Positions 18,974 to 29,445 of a stretch of DNA of 64,000 nt are shown here, piece after piece (positions within the stretch are counted from its first letter, which is position 1; every line of letters starts with the position of its first letter). The stretch is from Bacteroidia bacterium (GTDB taxonomy: Bacteria > Bacteroidota > Bacteroidia > Cytophagales > Cyclobacteriaceae): the NCBI GenBank assembly GCA_030426345.1, contig JAUHYU010000013.1, forward strand, positions 1,286 to 65,285. Direction: 5' to 3'. The position numbers and the translations under genes are program-made. The notes beneath the pieces are model-generated. The model was given only the letters and a program-made list of their open reading frames with translations. It made no database searches and was not told the DNA's origin.

Positions 18974-21424
18974 ATGACATGCCAGCACAATGATCCAATG
19001 AAAATAATTCGATTCATAATCTCATTTTCTATAACTGCTACCGTGGTCGTTGCCATGAATATTAAAATTGGGCCCATGCCTCCTTTGGGGAAGTTTATGG
19101 ATCCATTTCATGGATTTTGGGCCACTTCTACGGCTGCGATGGACATACCGGAACAAATTTATATGGAGGGACTTCATCAACCGGTTAGGATATTATATGA
19201 TGATATGTTGGTGCCACACATTTTCGCAGAAAACGACGATGATCTTTACCAAGCAGTTGGGTACGCACATGCCTTTCATCGGTTGTGGCAGATGGAATTC
19301 CAGACTCATGCAGCGGCGGGCAGGCTTTCTGAAGTCGTCGGCAATATCACATTGGATATGGACAGAGGCCAACGGAGGAAAGGATTGGTATTTGGGGCTG
19401 AAAATTTCGTGAATAATTTGGATGAAGATGCTGAAAGGATTTTAAATAATTATACCAAAGGCGTAAATGCATACATAAATCAATTGGACTATGCTGATTA
19501 TCCTTTTGAGTACAAATTGTTGGATTATGCTCCGGAGCCATGGACTCCATTAAAAACTGGCTTGCTATACAAATACATGTCTGACATGCTCAATTCAGGC
19601 GAGCGAGATATAGAAAACACAAATTTCAGGTCGATATATGGTAAAGAATTGCTGGACTTGATCTACCCTGATGTTGACAGCTACATCGACCCTGTAGTTG
19701 ACCTCCCCGGAGGTTGGGGTTTTACTCCTATCACCAAAAGACTTGATGAGTCAAAAGACACAGAAAAGGATGTTATTTCCATGAAACTTCTAGATCAGCC
19801 ACACCGGAATAATGGAAGCAATAACTGGGCAGTTGGTCCTGAAAGATCTGCCACCGGAAATGCATTCCTTGCTAATGATATGCATCTAAGCCTTTATTTG
19901 CCTTCGCTTTGGTTTTACAATCAAATGCATACAAAATCCATGAACGTATTCGGGCATAGCCTGCCGGGCATTCCATTTGTGATCACCGGGTTTACAGATT
20001 CAATCGCATGGGGGTTTACCAATGCACAGCGAGATCTTGTCGATTGGTACAAAATTAAATTTGAAGATGAAGGTAGAAGCAGATACCTACTTGACGGAGA
20101 ATATGTAGCAACTCAAAAAAAAGTTGAAAAATTTCATATTCGAGGTGCAGACACCTTTTACGACACGGTGGTTTATTCCGTCTTTGGGCCGGTCACTTAC
20201 GACAATTCCTTTCATGGGAAATCAGGCAAAAACGGCTATGCCCGACGTTGGATAGACCATGATGCATCTACCGGATTTAATATGTTTTATCAAATCAATA
20301 GAGCCAAAAACTTCGATGATTACATGGCTGCTCTTGACCAATTCACCTCCCCTGCTCAAAATATTGTCTTTGCATCGGTACAGGGTGATATTGCTCACAG
20401 GGTACAGGGAAAGTATCCATTAAACAATAAAGAGGAAGGCAAATTCGTAAAGGATGGCACAAAATCTTCCAATAACTGGACGGAGTATATTCCCAATGAA
20501 CAAAATCCCTTTTGGAAAAATCCCACGAGAGGATTCGTATCCTCAGCCAACCAGCAGCCTGCTGATTCCACCTATCCATATTATATTACATCCAGACAAT
20601 TTGAATCCTACAGAAACAGGCGAATCAATGATTTGTTGCGAGCAGATAGCAGCATTACTTTAGCGGATCTAAAAAAATTACATTTTGATAATTATGGTCT
20701 CAAAGCATCAGAAAGTTTGCCATTTATGATCCAACAATTAAATGGTGCCAACCTCTCTGCACAAGAACAGGATATCATCCAGCAATTAAAATCATGGGAT
20801 TTTTACTATAATATGGACACTAAAGCTGCTGTATACTACGATATCTGGTATAATAACTTATACGAAGGAATTTGGGATGAAATCGACAGCGCTCAAAATC
20901 AGAATATTGCCCTATTCTACCCAACAGATTTTTCTACCATCAAACTGATGCAGCAATTTCCCTCCTTGCCATTTTTCGATAACGCTGCAACACCACCTGA
21001 GAAGGAAACTGTAAAAGACCTTGCGCTTTCTTCGTTCAGAGGAATGATTCAAAAAGTGTCTGAAATCCATGATAAGGGAATTGATTCCTGGTCGGAGTAT
21101 TCCGCAACTGAGGTGAACCATCAATTGCGGATTCCTTCACTTGGCTACAGCTACATTGCCACAGGTGGCAGTGGAGATGGCGTAGTCAACGCCACGGGTA
21201 CTAACCATGGCCCCAGTCAGCGAATCATTGTCGAGTTGGACCCCAAAGGAGTAAAAGCCTGGGGACATTACCCCGGAGGACAATCCGGAAATCCGGGAAG
21301 TAAGTTTTATAACGACATGGTTGAAGCATGGGCCGATGGCACTTATTTCGACCTGCTTTATTTAGATCACATCGATTCGTCGAATGAGCGGGTTATTTTT
21401 TCACAAACGCTAAGTCCTAATTAA
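18974..21424 (+). CDS. penicillin acylase family Ntn-hydrolase (possible acyl-homoserine-lactone or beta-lactam acylase)
   Basis: 816 aa. The nucleophile context NNGSNNWAV sits after a spacer, with alpha/beta chain architecture. An alternative start at 18998 (MKIIRFIISF) gives a cleaner signal anchor. Confidence 0.8.
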   Translation: MTCQHNDPMKIIRFIISFSITATVVVAMNIKIGPMPPLGKFMDPFHGFWATSTAAMDIPEQIYMEGLHQPVRILYDDMLVPHIFAENDDDLYQAVGYAHAFHRLWQMEFQTHAAAGRLSEVVGNITLDMDRGQRRKGLVFGAENFVNNLDEDAERILNNYTKGVNAYINQLDYADYPFEYKLLDYAPEPWTPLKTGLLYKYMSDMLNSGERDIENTNFRSIYGKELLDLIYPDVDSYIDPVVDLPGGWGFTPITKRLDESKDTEKDVISMKLLDQPHRNNGSNNWAVGPERSATGNAFLANDMHLSLYLPSLWFYNQMHTKSMNVFGHSLPGIPFVITGFTDSIAWGFTNAQRDLVDWYKIKFEDEGRSRYLLDGEYVATQKKVEKFHIRGADTFYDTVVYSVFGPVTYDNSFHGKSGKNGYARRWIDHDASTGFNMFYQINRAKNFDDYMAALDQFTSPAQNIVFASVQGDIAHRVQGKYPLNNKEEGKFVKDGTKSSNNWTEYIPNEQNPFWKNPTRGFVSSANQQPADSTYPYYITSRQFESYRNRRINDLLRADSSITLADLKKLHFDNYGLKASESLPFMIQQLNGANLSAQEQDIIQQLKSWDFYYNMDTKAAVYYDIWYNNLYEGIWDEIDSAQNQNIALFYPTDFSTIKLMQQFPSLPFFDNAATPPEKETVKDLALSSFRGMIQKVSEIHDKGIDSWSEYSATEVNHQLRIPSLGYSYIATGGSGDGVVNATGTNHGPSQRIIVELDPKGVKAWGHYPGGQSGNPGSKFYNDMVEAWADGTYFDLLYLDHIDSSNERVIFSQTLSPN

Positions 21425-21786
21425 TGAATACCCTAAAAGTAATTATCAAAATTGGGCTCACGGTTTTATTGGCCTTTTTGTTGCAATCCATGTTCCCTTG
21501 GTGGACCGCCGTAATTGCTTGTTTCCTGATCAATTTGATTATTTCTTCTCACAGTTTATCCTCGTTTGTGAGTGGTTTCTTGGCTATAGGATTTTTATGG
21601 TTTGCCATGGCAACGGTTGCAGACCTCAAAACTGGCTCGATTCTCACAGCAAAAGTTGCTGAGATATTTTCTCTCCCTAGTAGCCAGATCTTAATTATTG
21701 TCACCGCAACAATAGGCGGGATTGCTGGTGGATTTGGTGCATTATCGGGGTGTGACTTGAGAGGCTGGATTATGCCTGTTGAGTAA
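21424..21786 (+). CDS. small integral membrane protein, unknown function
   Basis: 120 aa with about four hydrophobic helices. Its ATG overlaps the acylase stop (TAATG). Confidence 0.55.
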   Translation: MNTLKVIIKIGLTVLLAFLLQSMFPWWTAVIACFLINLIISSHSLSSFVSGFLAIGFLWFAMATVADLKTGSILTAKVAEIFSLPSSQILIIVTATIGGIAGGFGALSGCDLRGWIMPVE

Positions 21787-21805
21787 ATGATAAAATCAGA
21801 AGAAA

Positions 21806-21825
21806 AAAGCCTTCAAAATCCATGA
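21806..21825. repeat. single copy of motif (AAAGCCTTCAAAATCCATGA)
   Basis: Lies between the convergent genes ending at 21786 and 21857. Confidence 0.8.
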
Positions 21826-21856
21826 ATCATACTTTCGTAGTTCTTTAATGGCTACT

Positions 21857-22597
21857 TCAGTTGGCATCGTTTAACGCCCAATCGTAAGTATAATAACTCA
21901 GTTTTATATTTGGATCTAATGGATCGCGGCGATATTTATTGATAAACTTCAGAATGCCGGAATCACTATTTTCAAAATCATTTTTGTACCATTTAAAAAT
22001 CTCCGATATTTTAATTACCTCGGAAGATTCTTGGATAAAAACCGGATCATTTAGCGCCAATTTCGTTTGCTGATCCAACTGGGCATCCAAGACATCAGGT
22101 TTATAGGCATGATTGGCAATTTTAGGACAACTCATAGCGGCACATACTAAAACAAAATGTACTCTAGGATCATCGTAAACAGTTCGTATTTTTTTATTTT
22201 CGACGTCATTTAAAGTTAGATATTCCCCGGCCACCAAATGCTTCTTGCCATCAAAAAAAGATTCTATTTTCATCGGTGACTCCACAGGGTAGTTGTCAAG
22301 GATGCCCCCAATAACTAAAAGGTTGTAGGCATTGATGTAAAAGGCCTTCTTTTCCGTGGCGGTGTAATCATTTATGTTGACCTGATGTACAAATGATAAA
22401 AGTTGGCCTAATGGATTTTCATTGGATTTTATTTTTTGATACTCCACCAATCCATCCTCAGTGACATTTATAGAAAAAAAGAGATCAGCACGCTCAAAAA
22501 AGGCTTCTTTTTCCATAGAATACACAGAGGAAGTCCACAAAATTATAATAAATGTAGAAAAAAGATATTTCACCATATTGATTCGGTTATTTAGCAC
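21857..22597 (-). CDS. DUF547 domain protein
   Basis: RVHFVLVCAAMSCPKI and AFYINAYN are characteristic of DUF547. Has a signal peptide. Confidence 0.7.
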   Translation of the reverse strand: MLNNRINMVKYLFSTFIIILWTSSVYSMEKEAFFERADLFFSINVTEDGLVEYQKIKSNENPLGQLLSFVHQVNINDYTATEKKAFYINAYNLLVIGGILDNYPVESPMKIESFFDGKKHLVAGEYLTLNDVENKKIRTVYDDPRVHFVLVCAAMSCPKIANHAYKPDVLDAQLDQQTKLALNDPVFIQESSEVIKISEIFKWYKNDFENSDSGILKFINKYRRDPLDPNIKLSYYTYDWALNDAN

Positions 22598-22706
22598 ACC
22601 ATCTAGTAATTGAATATTAGAACTGGAATACTTCCGTTTAGGTTATAGTGTCCTTGCCAAGACAGCAATTTTATCGAAGCCAATCAATATTACAGTTTAT
22701 ACTAAC

Positions 22707-23261
22707 ATGATTATATTTCAGAATATGCGTTCAGCGACTATAATGATGCTTATTATGATCGTGATTTATGCCAAAGCCAGAGAGCCAATTGATGATATCA
22801 AATCGTATCGACATGAGGTATTTGAGCTAAACAAAGATTCGCGAAAAGCCAGGGAATTTTACAATAAAATGGAAAATTCAAACAATCTCCCTGCTATTTT
22901 GGTGGCTTATAAGGGAGTATCCGCGGCCCATATTGCCAAATATTCATCGAATCCATTCGAAAAATGGTCAATGCTTCACACAGCAAACAGACTTATTGAA
23001 AAAGCAGAAAAAATGGATCCAAATAATATTGAAATTCGATTTTTGCGGTATGCCTTTCAAACCCAAATCCCCAAAATACTGGGGATGAGTGATGATATTA
23101 GAGAAGACAAAAAATACATCATCGACAATTATAAAAGGTTTGATTGGTATGATATTGAAAAGGATATTTGTAGATATATTTTTGATTTTATGATATCCAA
23201 CGGTGGATGTAACGATGAAGAGAAAAGAATGCTAAGGGAATACGCAATTAATAACTTCTAA
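22707..23261 (+). CDS. hypothetical protein with N-terminal signal/anchor
   Basis: 184-aa ORF with a clean ATG and a hydrophobic N-terminus. No family recognised. Confidence 0.45.
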   Translation: MIIFQNMRSATIMMLIMIVIYAKAREPIDDIKSYRHEVFELNKDSRKAREFYNKMENSNNLPAILVAYKGVSAAHIAKYSSNPFEKWSMLHTANRLIEKAEKMDPNNIEIRFLRYAFQTQIPKILGMSDDIREDKKYIIDNYKRFDWYDIEKDICRYIFDFMISNGGCNDEEKRMLREYAINNF

Positions 23262-23305
23262 TCGTCTAAGACATGCACATTTACACTCAATTTATTAAAA
23301 ATACT

Positions 23306-23848
23306 TTACAAATAAGCGGACTGTTCGAGTTCCTTCCTTATGGATTTTTTGGCAATTACCAGTTGGTTTTTGACAGTATTTAGCTTTATATCTAATTTTT
23401 CAGCTATTTCTTTATATGACATACCTCGTTCATAGTTCAACTTAATTATCTCCTTTTTTCTTGCTGATAGATTTTCAACTGCTTCTTTAATTCTATCCAA
23501 TCGCTCCTCTTTAACTTCCTTTTCTGCACAATGGGCATCAAGAATCATCTCACGAAACCTTTCATTTATGGAGTCATTTTTTAAGGCCACCTTTCGATGA
23601 TCATATGCATGATTTCTAACAATGGTAAAAAGGTAAGAGATAAAATTACGATTTGGGTTTAGCAATGATCTTTTATACCAAATCTTTAAAAAAACATCCT
23701 GAACGATGTTTTCAGATTCGTCGATATCTTTCAAAATAGAAACACAAAAATGCAATGCCGGTTTTCTGAATTTTTTATAGAGTTCTTCATAGGCCTGGTA
23801 TTCTCCGTCTCTAAACCTTACTATCAACTCACTATGAACATTACACAT
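23306..23848 (-). CDS. ECF-type RNA polymerase sigma-70 factor (no adjacent anti-sigma)
   Basis: 180 aa. Region 2 is ENIVQDVFLKIWYKR...FISYLFTIVRNHAYDHRK. Region 4 HTH is MSYKEIAEKLDIKLNTVKNQL. Confidence 0.85.
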   Translation of the reverse strand: MCNVHSELIVRFRDGEYQAYEELYKKFRKPALHFCVSILKDIDESENIVQDVFLKIWYKRSLLNPNRNFISYLFTIVRNHAYDHRKVALKNDSINERFREMILDAHCAEKEVKEERLDRIKEAVENLSARKKEIIKLNYERGMSYKEIAEKLDIKLNTVKNQLVIAKKSIRKELEQSAYL

Positions 23849-23982
23849 GTTAATCTATAAAAATTAGTTGCTAAATTCTTTAAAAATCAACCCTCGTCAG
23901 AGAGCGGTATTATCTCTAAATATTTGTGTCCTTTACTGAAGTTTATTGATTGATGACTGATAATTGTCTAAAAAATAATGAA

Positions 23983-24017
23983 GGTATGGGAGAATAATAA
24001 AACTAAGCTCCCATACC
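23983..24017 (-). terminator. rho-independent terminator after the SusD gene
   Basis: 10-bp stem GGTATGGGAG/CTCCCATACC. On the minus strand it is followed by TTCATTATTTTTTAG. Confidence 0.7.
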
Positions 24018-24049
24018 CTCATGGCATTATTTATTTGATCACTGCAAGA

Positions 24050-25735
24050 CTACCAAGGCTTACCTGTTCCTTGCAACAACCACATTTTGGAATAATGATG
24101 GTCTTTGCTCTGTCCGGTAGGAACATTTGGTGTTGCTTCAAGTCTTTCAACTGCCGCACTATAATTTGCAAGGTATTTTGGATCTTGATTTGGTGACGGA
24201 TACATAAACCTAATAGGAAGGTTATCACCATAAAGAGCTACAGGTCCTGTCTGTAAATCAGGATATCCAGTTCTTCTCCAATCAAACCATGATTCAATTC
24301 CCCACCAGTGGGACAACCACTTTTGCTCCAGTATCCTTTCCAATTCATTGGGTGCATCTGACAACTTCACATCCGAATTGTTATAATATCCATCGAAATC
24401 GAAACCTCCAACTGCTTCATCAACATTGAAGTCATCAAAAGATGCCATTATGCCATTTTTATAATGGCCTTCAGCACTTCCTGAAACACTAAACCCTCCA
24501 AGAGAAGCAGCTTCGGCCAAGATAAATTCTACTTCGCTGTAGGTCATCAATTTCACGTTTACATATTCATTGGCATCCACATAATAATTTTCACTGATAA
24601 ATGAAACAAATGGATTTTCTTCTGATGGATATTCATTTACATCCTCTCCTTTATTATAATCGAGCGCAATACTTCCTGCAAGTCCCGGAGGTAATCCAAC
24701 ATAAAGCGAAGTATCGACTTGATCTGGTGTAGATGTCGGTGTGTAGATGACAACCTGTGATCTACCAAACATATCAGTAACTGTCTTTTCTGTTTCAGAC
24801 GCTACATTAACATCCCATTTACGGAGCACTGGGCGAACCCATCGATATAGTCTAGGATCATCCAATGACTTCAACTTCCCAACAAGTGTTTGGCTTGGCT
24901 TATTAGAATATCCTGGATTTGCTGAATTTAGTGGACCCCCTGGGGCTGAATTATTAGGCGAAATGCCCAAAAATTCCATAACAGCATTATCATCGGTGCT
25001 CTCAAAAGCAAAACTGCTTGCAGCATTAAACTCACTAACGATGTTCACGCCAATAGCATCCATGTCAGATTGCTTATGGTACAATCTCATGCAATATCTC
25101 ATCCTCAGTGAATTGGCTAGTTTTCTCCATTTCACAGGATCTCCGGCATAAATAACATCAGAAGCAGTAGGGATTGGATTTATCCCCACGTCAACATTTG
25201 CTAACAGAGCATCCGCAGTTTTCAGGTCTTCGAGTATCCCTTTATAGATATCTTTTTGCTCATCATACTTAGGGAAATATACGTCTTCATTTGCCTGTAA
25301 ACTTTCTGAATAGGGAGCATCTCCATATAAATCCGTGATAAGACCAAAGATCATAGATTTCATCACAAGCGAAACACCCTCATAAAATGGGTGTTCATCC
25401 TCTACTGCCTTATTATAAATTATTTCATTATTTCTCAGTAAGCCATAGTAGTTACTCCAACTTTCATTAGACCAATCGTAGCTATTTACTCTTAATGCAT
25501 TGAAATCCGTACCACGTTGGGTATACTGCATCGCTCCAGAGATATTCTCGGCATCTTCACCTAAGTTATTATATGCCTTCGAAAATTGAGTTTGTACGTA
25601 TGTGAGAATAAAAGCTGAAGAAACTTCTTGTGGGCTATTTGGACTCACATTCAACTCAGTTAGATCATTACATGATTGTAATGGAAGTAATGCCCAAACA
25701 GCTAATATTAATATGATTATATATGATTTTTTCAT
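24050..25735 (-). CDS. SusD/RagB-family outer-membrane lipoprotein
   Basis: 561 aa with lipobox LLPLQSC. It lies 11 nt downstream of a SusC-like gene and has SusD-like helical/TPR content. Confidence 0.85.
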   Translation of the reverse strand: MKKSYIIILILAVWALLPLQSCNDLTELNVSPNSPQEVSSAFILTYVQTQFSKAYNNLGEDAENISGAMQYTQRGTDFNALRVNSYDWSNESWSNYYGLLRNNEIIYNKAVEDEHPFYEGVSLVMKSMIFGLITDLYGDAPYSESLQANEDVYFPKYDEQKDIYKGILEDLKTADALLANVDVGINPIPTASDVIYAGDPVKWRKLANSLRMRYCMRLYHKQSDMDAIGVNIVSEFNAASSFAFESTDDNAVMEFLGISPNNSAPGGPLNSANPGYSNKPSQTLVGKLKSLDDPRLYRWVRPVLRKWDVNVASETEKTVTDMFGRSQVVIYTPTSTPDQVDTSLYVGLPPGLAGSIALDYNKGEDVNEYPSEENPFVSFISENYYVDANEYVNVKLMTYSEVEFILAEAASLGGFSVSGSAEGHYKNGIMASFDDFNVDEAVGGFDFDGYYNNSDVKLSDAPNELERILEQKWLSHWWGIESWFDWRRTGYPDLQTGPVALYGDNLPIRFMYPSPNQDPKYLANYSAAVERLEATPNVPTGQSKDHHYSKMWLLQGTGKPW

Positions 25736-25746
25736 CAGTCTTTAAT

Positions 25747-28700
25747 TTAAAATTCAACATTCAATTTAAACCCTAAAGAACCAATCCACGGCAGAGCATT
25801 GTAATATTCAATCCCTTGCGTCCAACTACTTCCTCCCTTAAATGCTCTTTCCGGATCAAAATCAACACCTGCTTCTGTCCATTCAAAAATATTCTTGGCA
25901 ATCACAGAAACCGATGCTTTCTGCATTCCAATCTTACTAACAAAAGACTTGGGCAGATGATAAGCCAAAGCCAGCTCACGAATTTTGATATAGGTAGCAC
26001 TATACAAATTATTATCAGCTATAGTCCTAACTATCTCCTTGTTGGCAGTAAATGGTGTCAGCCAGATGGTACCGGGGCCACCAAGATTTTCAACATAAGT
26101 TTTATCACCATTGCCATCTACAACTTCTCTAACTCCAGGGTGAAAACTTGCGTCATTCTCTCTACCAAGAGAAGCATCTTCCCATGCAAAGCCTCCATAT
26201 TCACCAGTTCTTCCTCCTACCCAATCTCCAAAGTAATTTTCAGGGTTTTCCTTGATTTGCTCTTCTATGCTTCTACTCGGATCATAGTCAGCTCCAGAAA
26301 ACGTGCTTTCTAACTGACCGTTATTGCTTAAGAAAACCATTGTTCTTGAATAGAACTCTCCACCTTGTCTCCAATCTAGGTTGGCATATAAAGAGAACGA
26401 CTTATAAGTAAAAGTCGGCTGAATTCCCATAATGAAATCAGGGTTGAAATTACCTATCTTTTCCATATGGGCTGGATCGTTGTCTTCATGAATTACCCCT
26501 CCATTTGATATAATCGGATACCCATAATACTGAGATGCTTCATCCTGAACAGTAAGTAACGGTTTTTGATATATATCACCTATGGTTTCGCCTACGTACG
26601 TACGGACGAAAGCAGTTCCTTCACTTCCAAACTGAAAGTATTCTATTCCATCAGCAAGCTCTTTTATTGAAGTTCTGTTTCTGGAGATATTAAAGTTCAA
26701 ATCCCATCTAAAATCTTTGGTAAGAACTGGGGTAGTAATAACTCCCAACTCCCAACCTTTGCTTTCGATAAGTCCTGCATTAATCTGTTTGCTACTCGCA
26801 CCAGACTCGATCGGCAAACCAATATTCAATACCTGATTTTCATTCTGAACATTGTAGTAAGTAGCTTCTAAGCCAATTCTGTTATTCAAAAATTTCAAAT
26901 CAAACCCAACCTCTTGAGAAGTGGCGATTTCAGGGATTAGGCTTGTATTTCTCAATACCCCTCCCATGTACATTTGCTTGGCAGTGCCCCAATCTTCGTA
27001 TGTAGAAAAATATTGTTCCAATTGATATGGATCTACATCGTTACCAACTTGAGCCCAACCTCCCCTAAGCTTAGCAAAAGTAAACCACTCGGGCATATCA
27101 AGCATTTCAGAAAGCAGCACACTCAATGAAGCAGATGGATAAAAATAAGAGTTGTTTTCCTCAGGTAATGTACTAGACCAATCATTTCTGGCGGTCAGAT
27201 CAAGGTAAATCATATTGTTAAAACCAATAGATGCCATACCATATATACTGTTGACCCTTTTCTCATTCCAAAAACTACTGTAGCCAACTGTTCCAGGAAC
27301 AGCATTGGAAATAGTATATAGAGCAGGAATCACTAATGATGAAGCTTCGTTGCTTATGGATTTACCATAGTTATATCTGGTATTTCCCCCAACCATGGCA
27401 CTAATATCCCATATTTCATTATAATTTTTGTTATAGGACAACATCAGATCGTAATTACTCTCCTTTTTATATATTGTTCCTGTCTCGTAGCCACCTTCCC
27501 ATTGTCCATAGGTACTAAATGCATGTTTTGCTTCTCTATTTTCGGTATATCCATCCCTTGTATGTCGACCTGTAAGGGTCAAACCGTCCATGATATCCCA
27601 GTCAAATTGCAACTTGGCTACAGTCCTATCCCTTTGGAATCCTATTGTGTTTTCATAGGACAAAAAGTAAGGGTTGTTCTGCTTATGCTTATATTTTAAT
27701 TGCTCAAGATCCTCAAAACCTGGTATCCAATAATCTTTGAGATCATCAATATTTACATGGGCAGACATTTCATATACACTTCTTACCACAGTATTTCTTC
27801 CTGCATCCACGACAGGTCGATTGTCAGAACCAGATTCAATCAAGCCCATGCTTGCCTGTACTCTAAAATTAGGAGCAAGTTTATAGGATCCGTTGAGATT
27901 TACTGTTTGTCTTCTAAGGTCGGTATTGGGAACAATGCCAGTATTTCTCATGTCACCGATAGACAGTCTAAAATCTCCATCTTCGTTATTTCCATTTAAA
28001 GAAACATTGTTCGTAAACGTAATTCCAGTCTGGTAAAAATCAGTTAACCTGTTATCATAAGATACTAAAGGTGCCTTTTCTCCATTTGTATTCCATTGTA
28101 TCCATTCCTCCCCGGCATCCAGTCTTGGACCCCAGTTTTCATTTTCCGCTTCTTCAAATACATGAGCACCAGCTTTTCCTGGTCCAAATTCCGTCTGATA
28201 GTCGATATAATTATATGGCATATCAAAAGTCACGGCAGAATTTAAGTCAACGCCAAGTCCCTTTTTAGCACTGCTTCCTGATTTGGTAGTTATAAGGACT
28301 ACTCCATTTCCTGCTCTGGAGCCGTACAAAGCCGCTGCACTAGGCCCTTTAAGCACTGAAACACTTTCAATATCATCAGTATTCATATCTGATATTGGAT
28401 TCCCCATGTCTGCTCCTTTGTAAAAGTTGTTTAAGCTGTTGGCTACTGGCACACCATCAATCACAAACAACGGTTGGTTGTCTGAATTGAGAGATGATGC
28501 TCCCCGAATGACCATACTTACAGATGATCCAACCAATCCATCCATTTGGGAAATGGCAACACCTGCTACTTTTCCAGAAAGCGAATTCAGAACATTTTCC
28601 TGGGGCGTGTTTTTCAAATCCTCCCCATCCACTTCTTCAATAGAATATCCGAGTGACATTTTTTCTCTGGAAATTCCAAGAGCCGTAACCACAACTTCAT

Positions 28701-29355
28701 TTAATGAGGTAACATCCGGAGACAATGAAAAATTAATAAGGGTTTGATTGCCTACGACAACTTCTTCTTTGAGATAGCCGACTGAGCTAAAAACCAATAC
28801 TGTTTCTTTGCTAGGAACTTCCAACGCATAATTTCCCATAACATCCGTAACAGTCCCTTGAGTGGTGCCTTTTACGATTACGTTTACCCCAGGAAGTCCT
28901 TCATTATCTTCTGATGAACTCACCTTACCAGTAATGGTAATTCCCTGAATGATAACTTCGATCGACTCAGGTTGCTTAACATCAGACTTTCTTTTTGTGA
29001 TGTGTATATTGTTGTTTACCTGCCTAAATTTAAGGTCAGTTTGCTTAGATATTTCCAACAACACATCAGCGACGCTACCTTTAATATAATTTCCTGAAAA
29101 ACGAAAATTAGGATCCAAATCTTCCTTTTTATAGGAAAATTCGTAATTGGTCTTGTTTTCTATATTCCGAAGGACATGCGCTAAATCTGCATCATCGATC
29201 TTCAGTTTGATTGCGACATCTTTCACACTTTTTATTTGCTGCGCATTTAAATCACTTGCATATAGGGCACCTATTAGCATGCAATTAATGATCAGGGCTT
29301 GAAGCGTTCCTTTAGACATCTTAAATATGATTTGACGTAGTAATTTAAAATTCAT
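25747..29355 (-). CDS. SusC/RagA-family TonB-linked outer-membrane protein with N-terminal STN signalling domain
   Basis: 1202 aa. STN-like N-terminus (DLAHVLRNIENKTNYEFSY...), then CarboxypepD_reg (GLPGVNVIVKGTTQGTVTD), plug and barrel. C-terminal residue is F. Confidence 0.9.
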   Translation of the reverse strand: MNFKLLRQIIFKMSKGTLQALIINCMLIGALYASDLNAQQIKSVKDVAIKLKIDDADLAHVLRNIENKTNYEFSYKKEDLDPNFRFSGNYIKGSVADVLLEISKQTDLKFRQVNNNIHITKRKSDVKQPESIEVIIQGITITGKVSSSEDNEGLPGVNVIVKGTTQGTVTDVMGNYALEVPSKETVLVFSSVGYLKEEVVVGNQTLINFSLSPDVTSLNEVVVTALGISREKMSLGYSIEEVDGEDLKNTPQENVLNSLSGKVAGVAISQMDGLVGSSVSMVIRGASSLNSDNQPLFVIDGVPVANSLNNFYKGADMGNPISDMNTDDIESVSVLKGPSAAALYGSRAGNGVVLITTKSGSSAKKGLGVDLNSAVTFDMPYNYIDYQTEFGPGKAGAHVFEEAENENWGPRLDAGEEWIQWNTNGEKAPLVSYDNRLTDFYQTGITFTNNVSLNGNNEDGDFRLSIGDMRNTGIVPNTDLRRQTVNLNGSYKLAPNFRVQASMGLIESGSDNRPVVDAGRNTVVRSVYEMSAHVNIDDLKDYWIPGFEDLEQLKYKHKQNNPYFLSYENTIGFQRDRTVAKLQFDWDIMDGLTLTGRHTRDGYTENREAKHAFSTYGQWEGGYETGTIYKKESNYDLMLSYNKNYNEIWDISAMVGGNTRYNYGKSISNEASSLVIPALYTISNAVPGTVGYSSFWNEKRVNSIYGMASIGFNNMIYLDLTARNDWSSTLPEENNSYFYPSASLSVLLSEMLDMPEWFTFAKLRGGWAQVGNDVDPYQLEQYFSTYEDWGTAKQMYMGGVLRNTSLIPEIATSQEVGFDLKFLNNRIGLEATYYNVQNENQVLNIGLPIESGASSKQINAGLIESKGWELGVITTPVLTKDFRWDLNFNISRNRTSIKELADGIEYFQFGSEGTAFVRTYVGETIGDIYQKPLLTVQDEASQYYGYPIISNGGVIHEDNDPAHMEKIGNFNPDFIMGIQPTFTYKSFSLYANLDWRQGGEFYSRTMVFLSNNGQLESTFSGADYDPSRSIEEQIKENPENYFGDWVGGRTGEYGGFAWEDASLGRENDASFHPGVREVVDGNGDKTYVENLGGPGTIWLTPFTANKEIVRTIADNNLYSATYIKIRELALAYHLPKSFVSKIGMQKASVSVIAKNIFEWTEAGVDFDPERAFKGGSSWTQGIEYYNALPWIGSLGFKLNVEF

Positions 29356-29395
29356 AATTTAGAGTGTTTTATTAAAAGAAAATGTTTCGTTTTCG

Positions 29396-29431
29396 GCCTA
29401 TGTGATGCTGTAACATCCATAGGCTTTTTTT
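29396..29431. other. hairpin in the anti-sigma-to-susC intergenic leader
   Basis: GCCTATG(T)GATG-CTGTAA-CATCCATAGGC followed by T7 on the plus strand. Both flanking genes are on the minus strand. Confidence 0.6.
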
Positions 29432-29445
29432 AGGCTTTTAGATTT

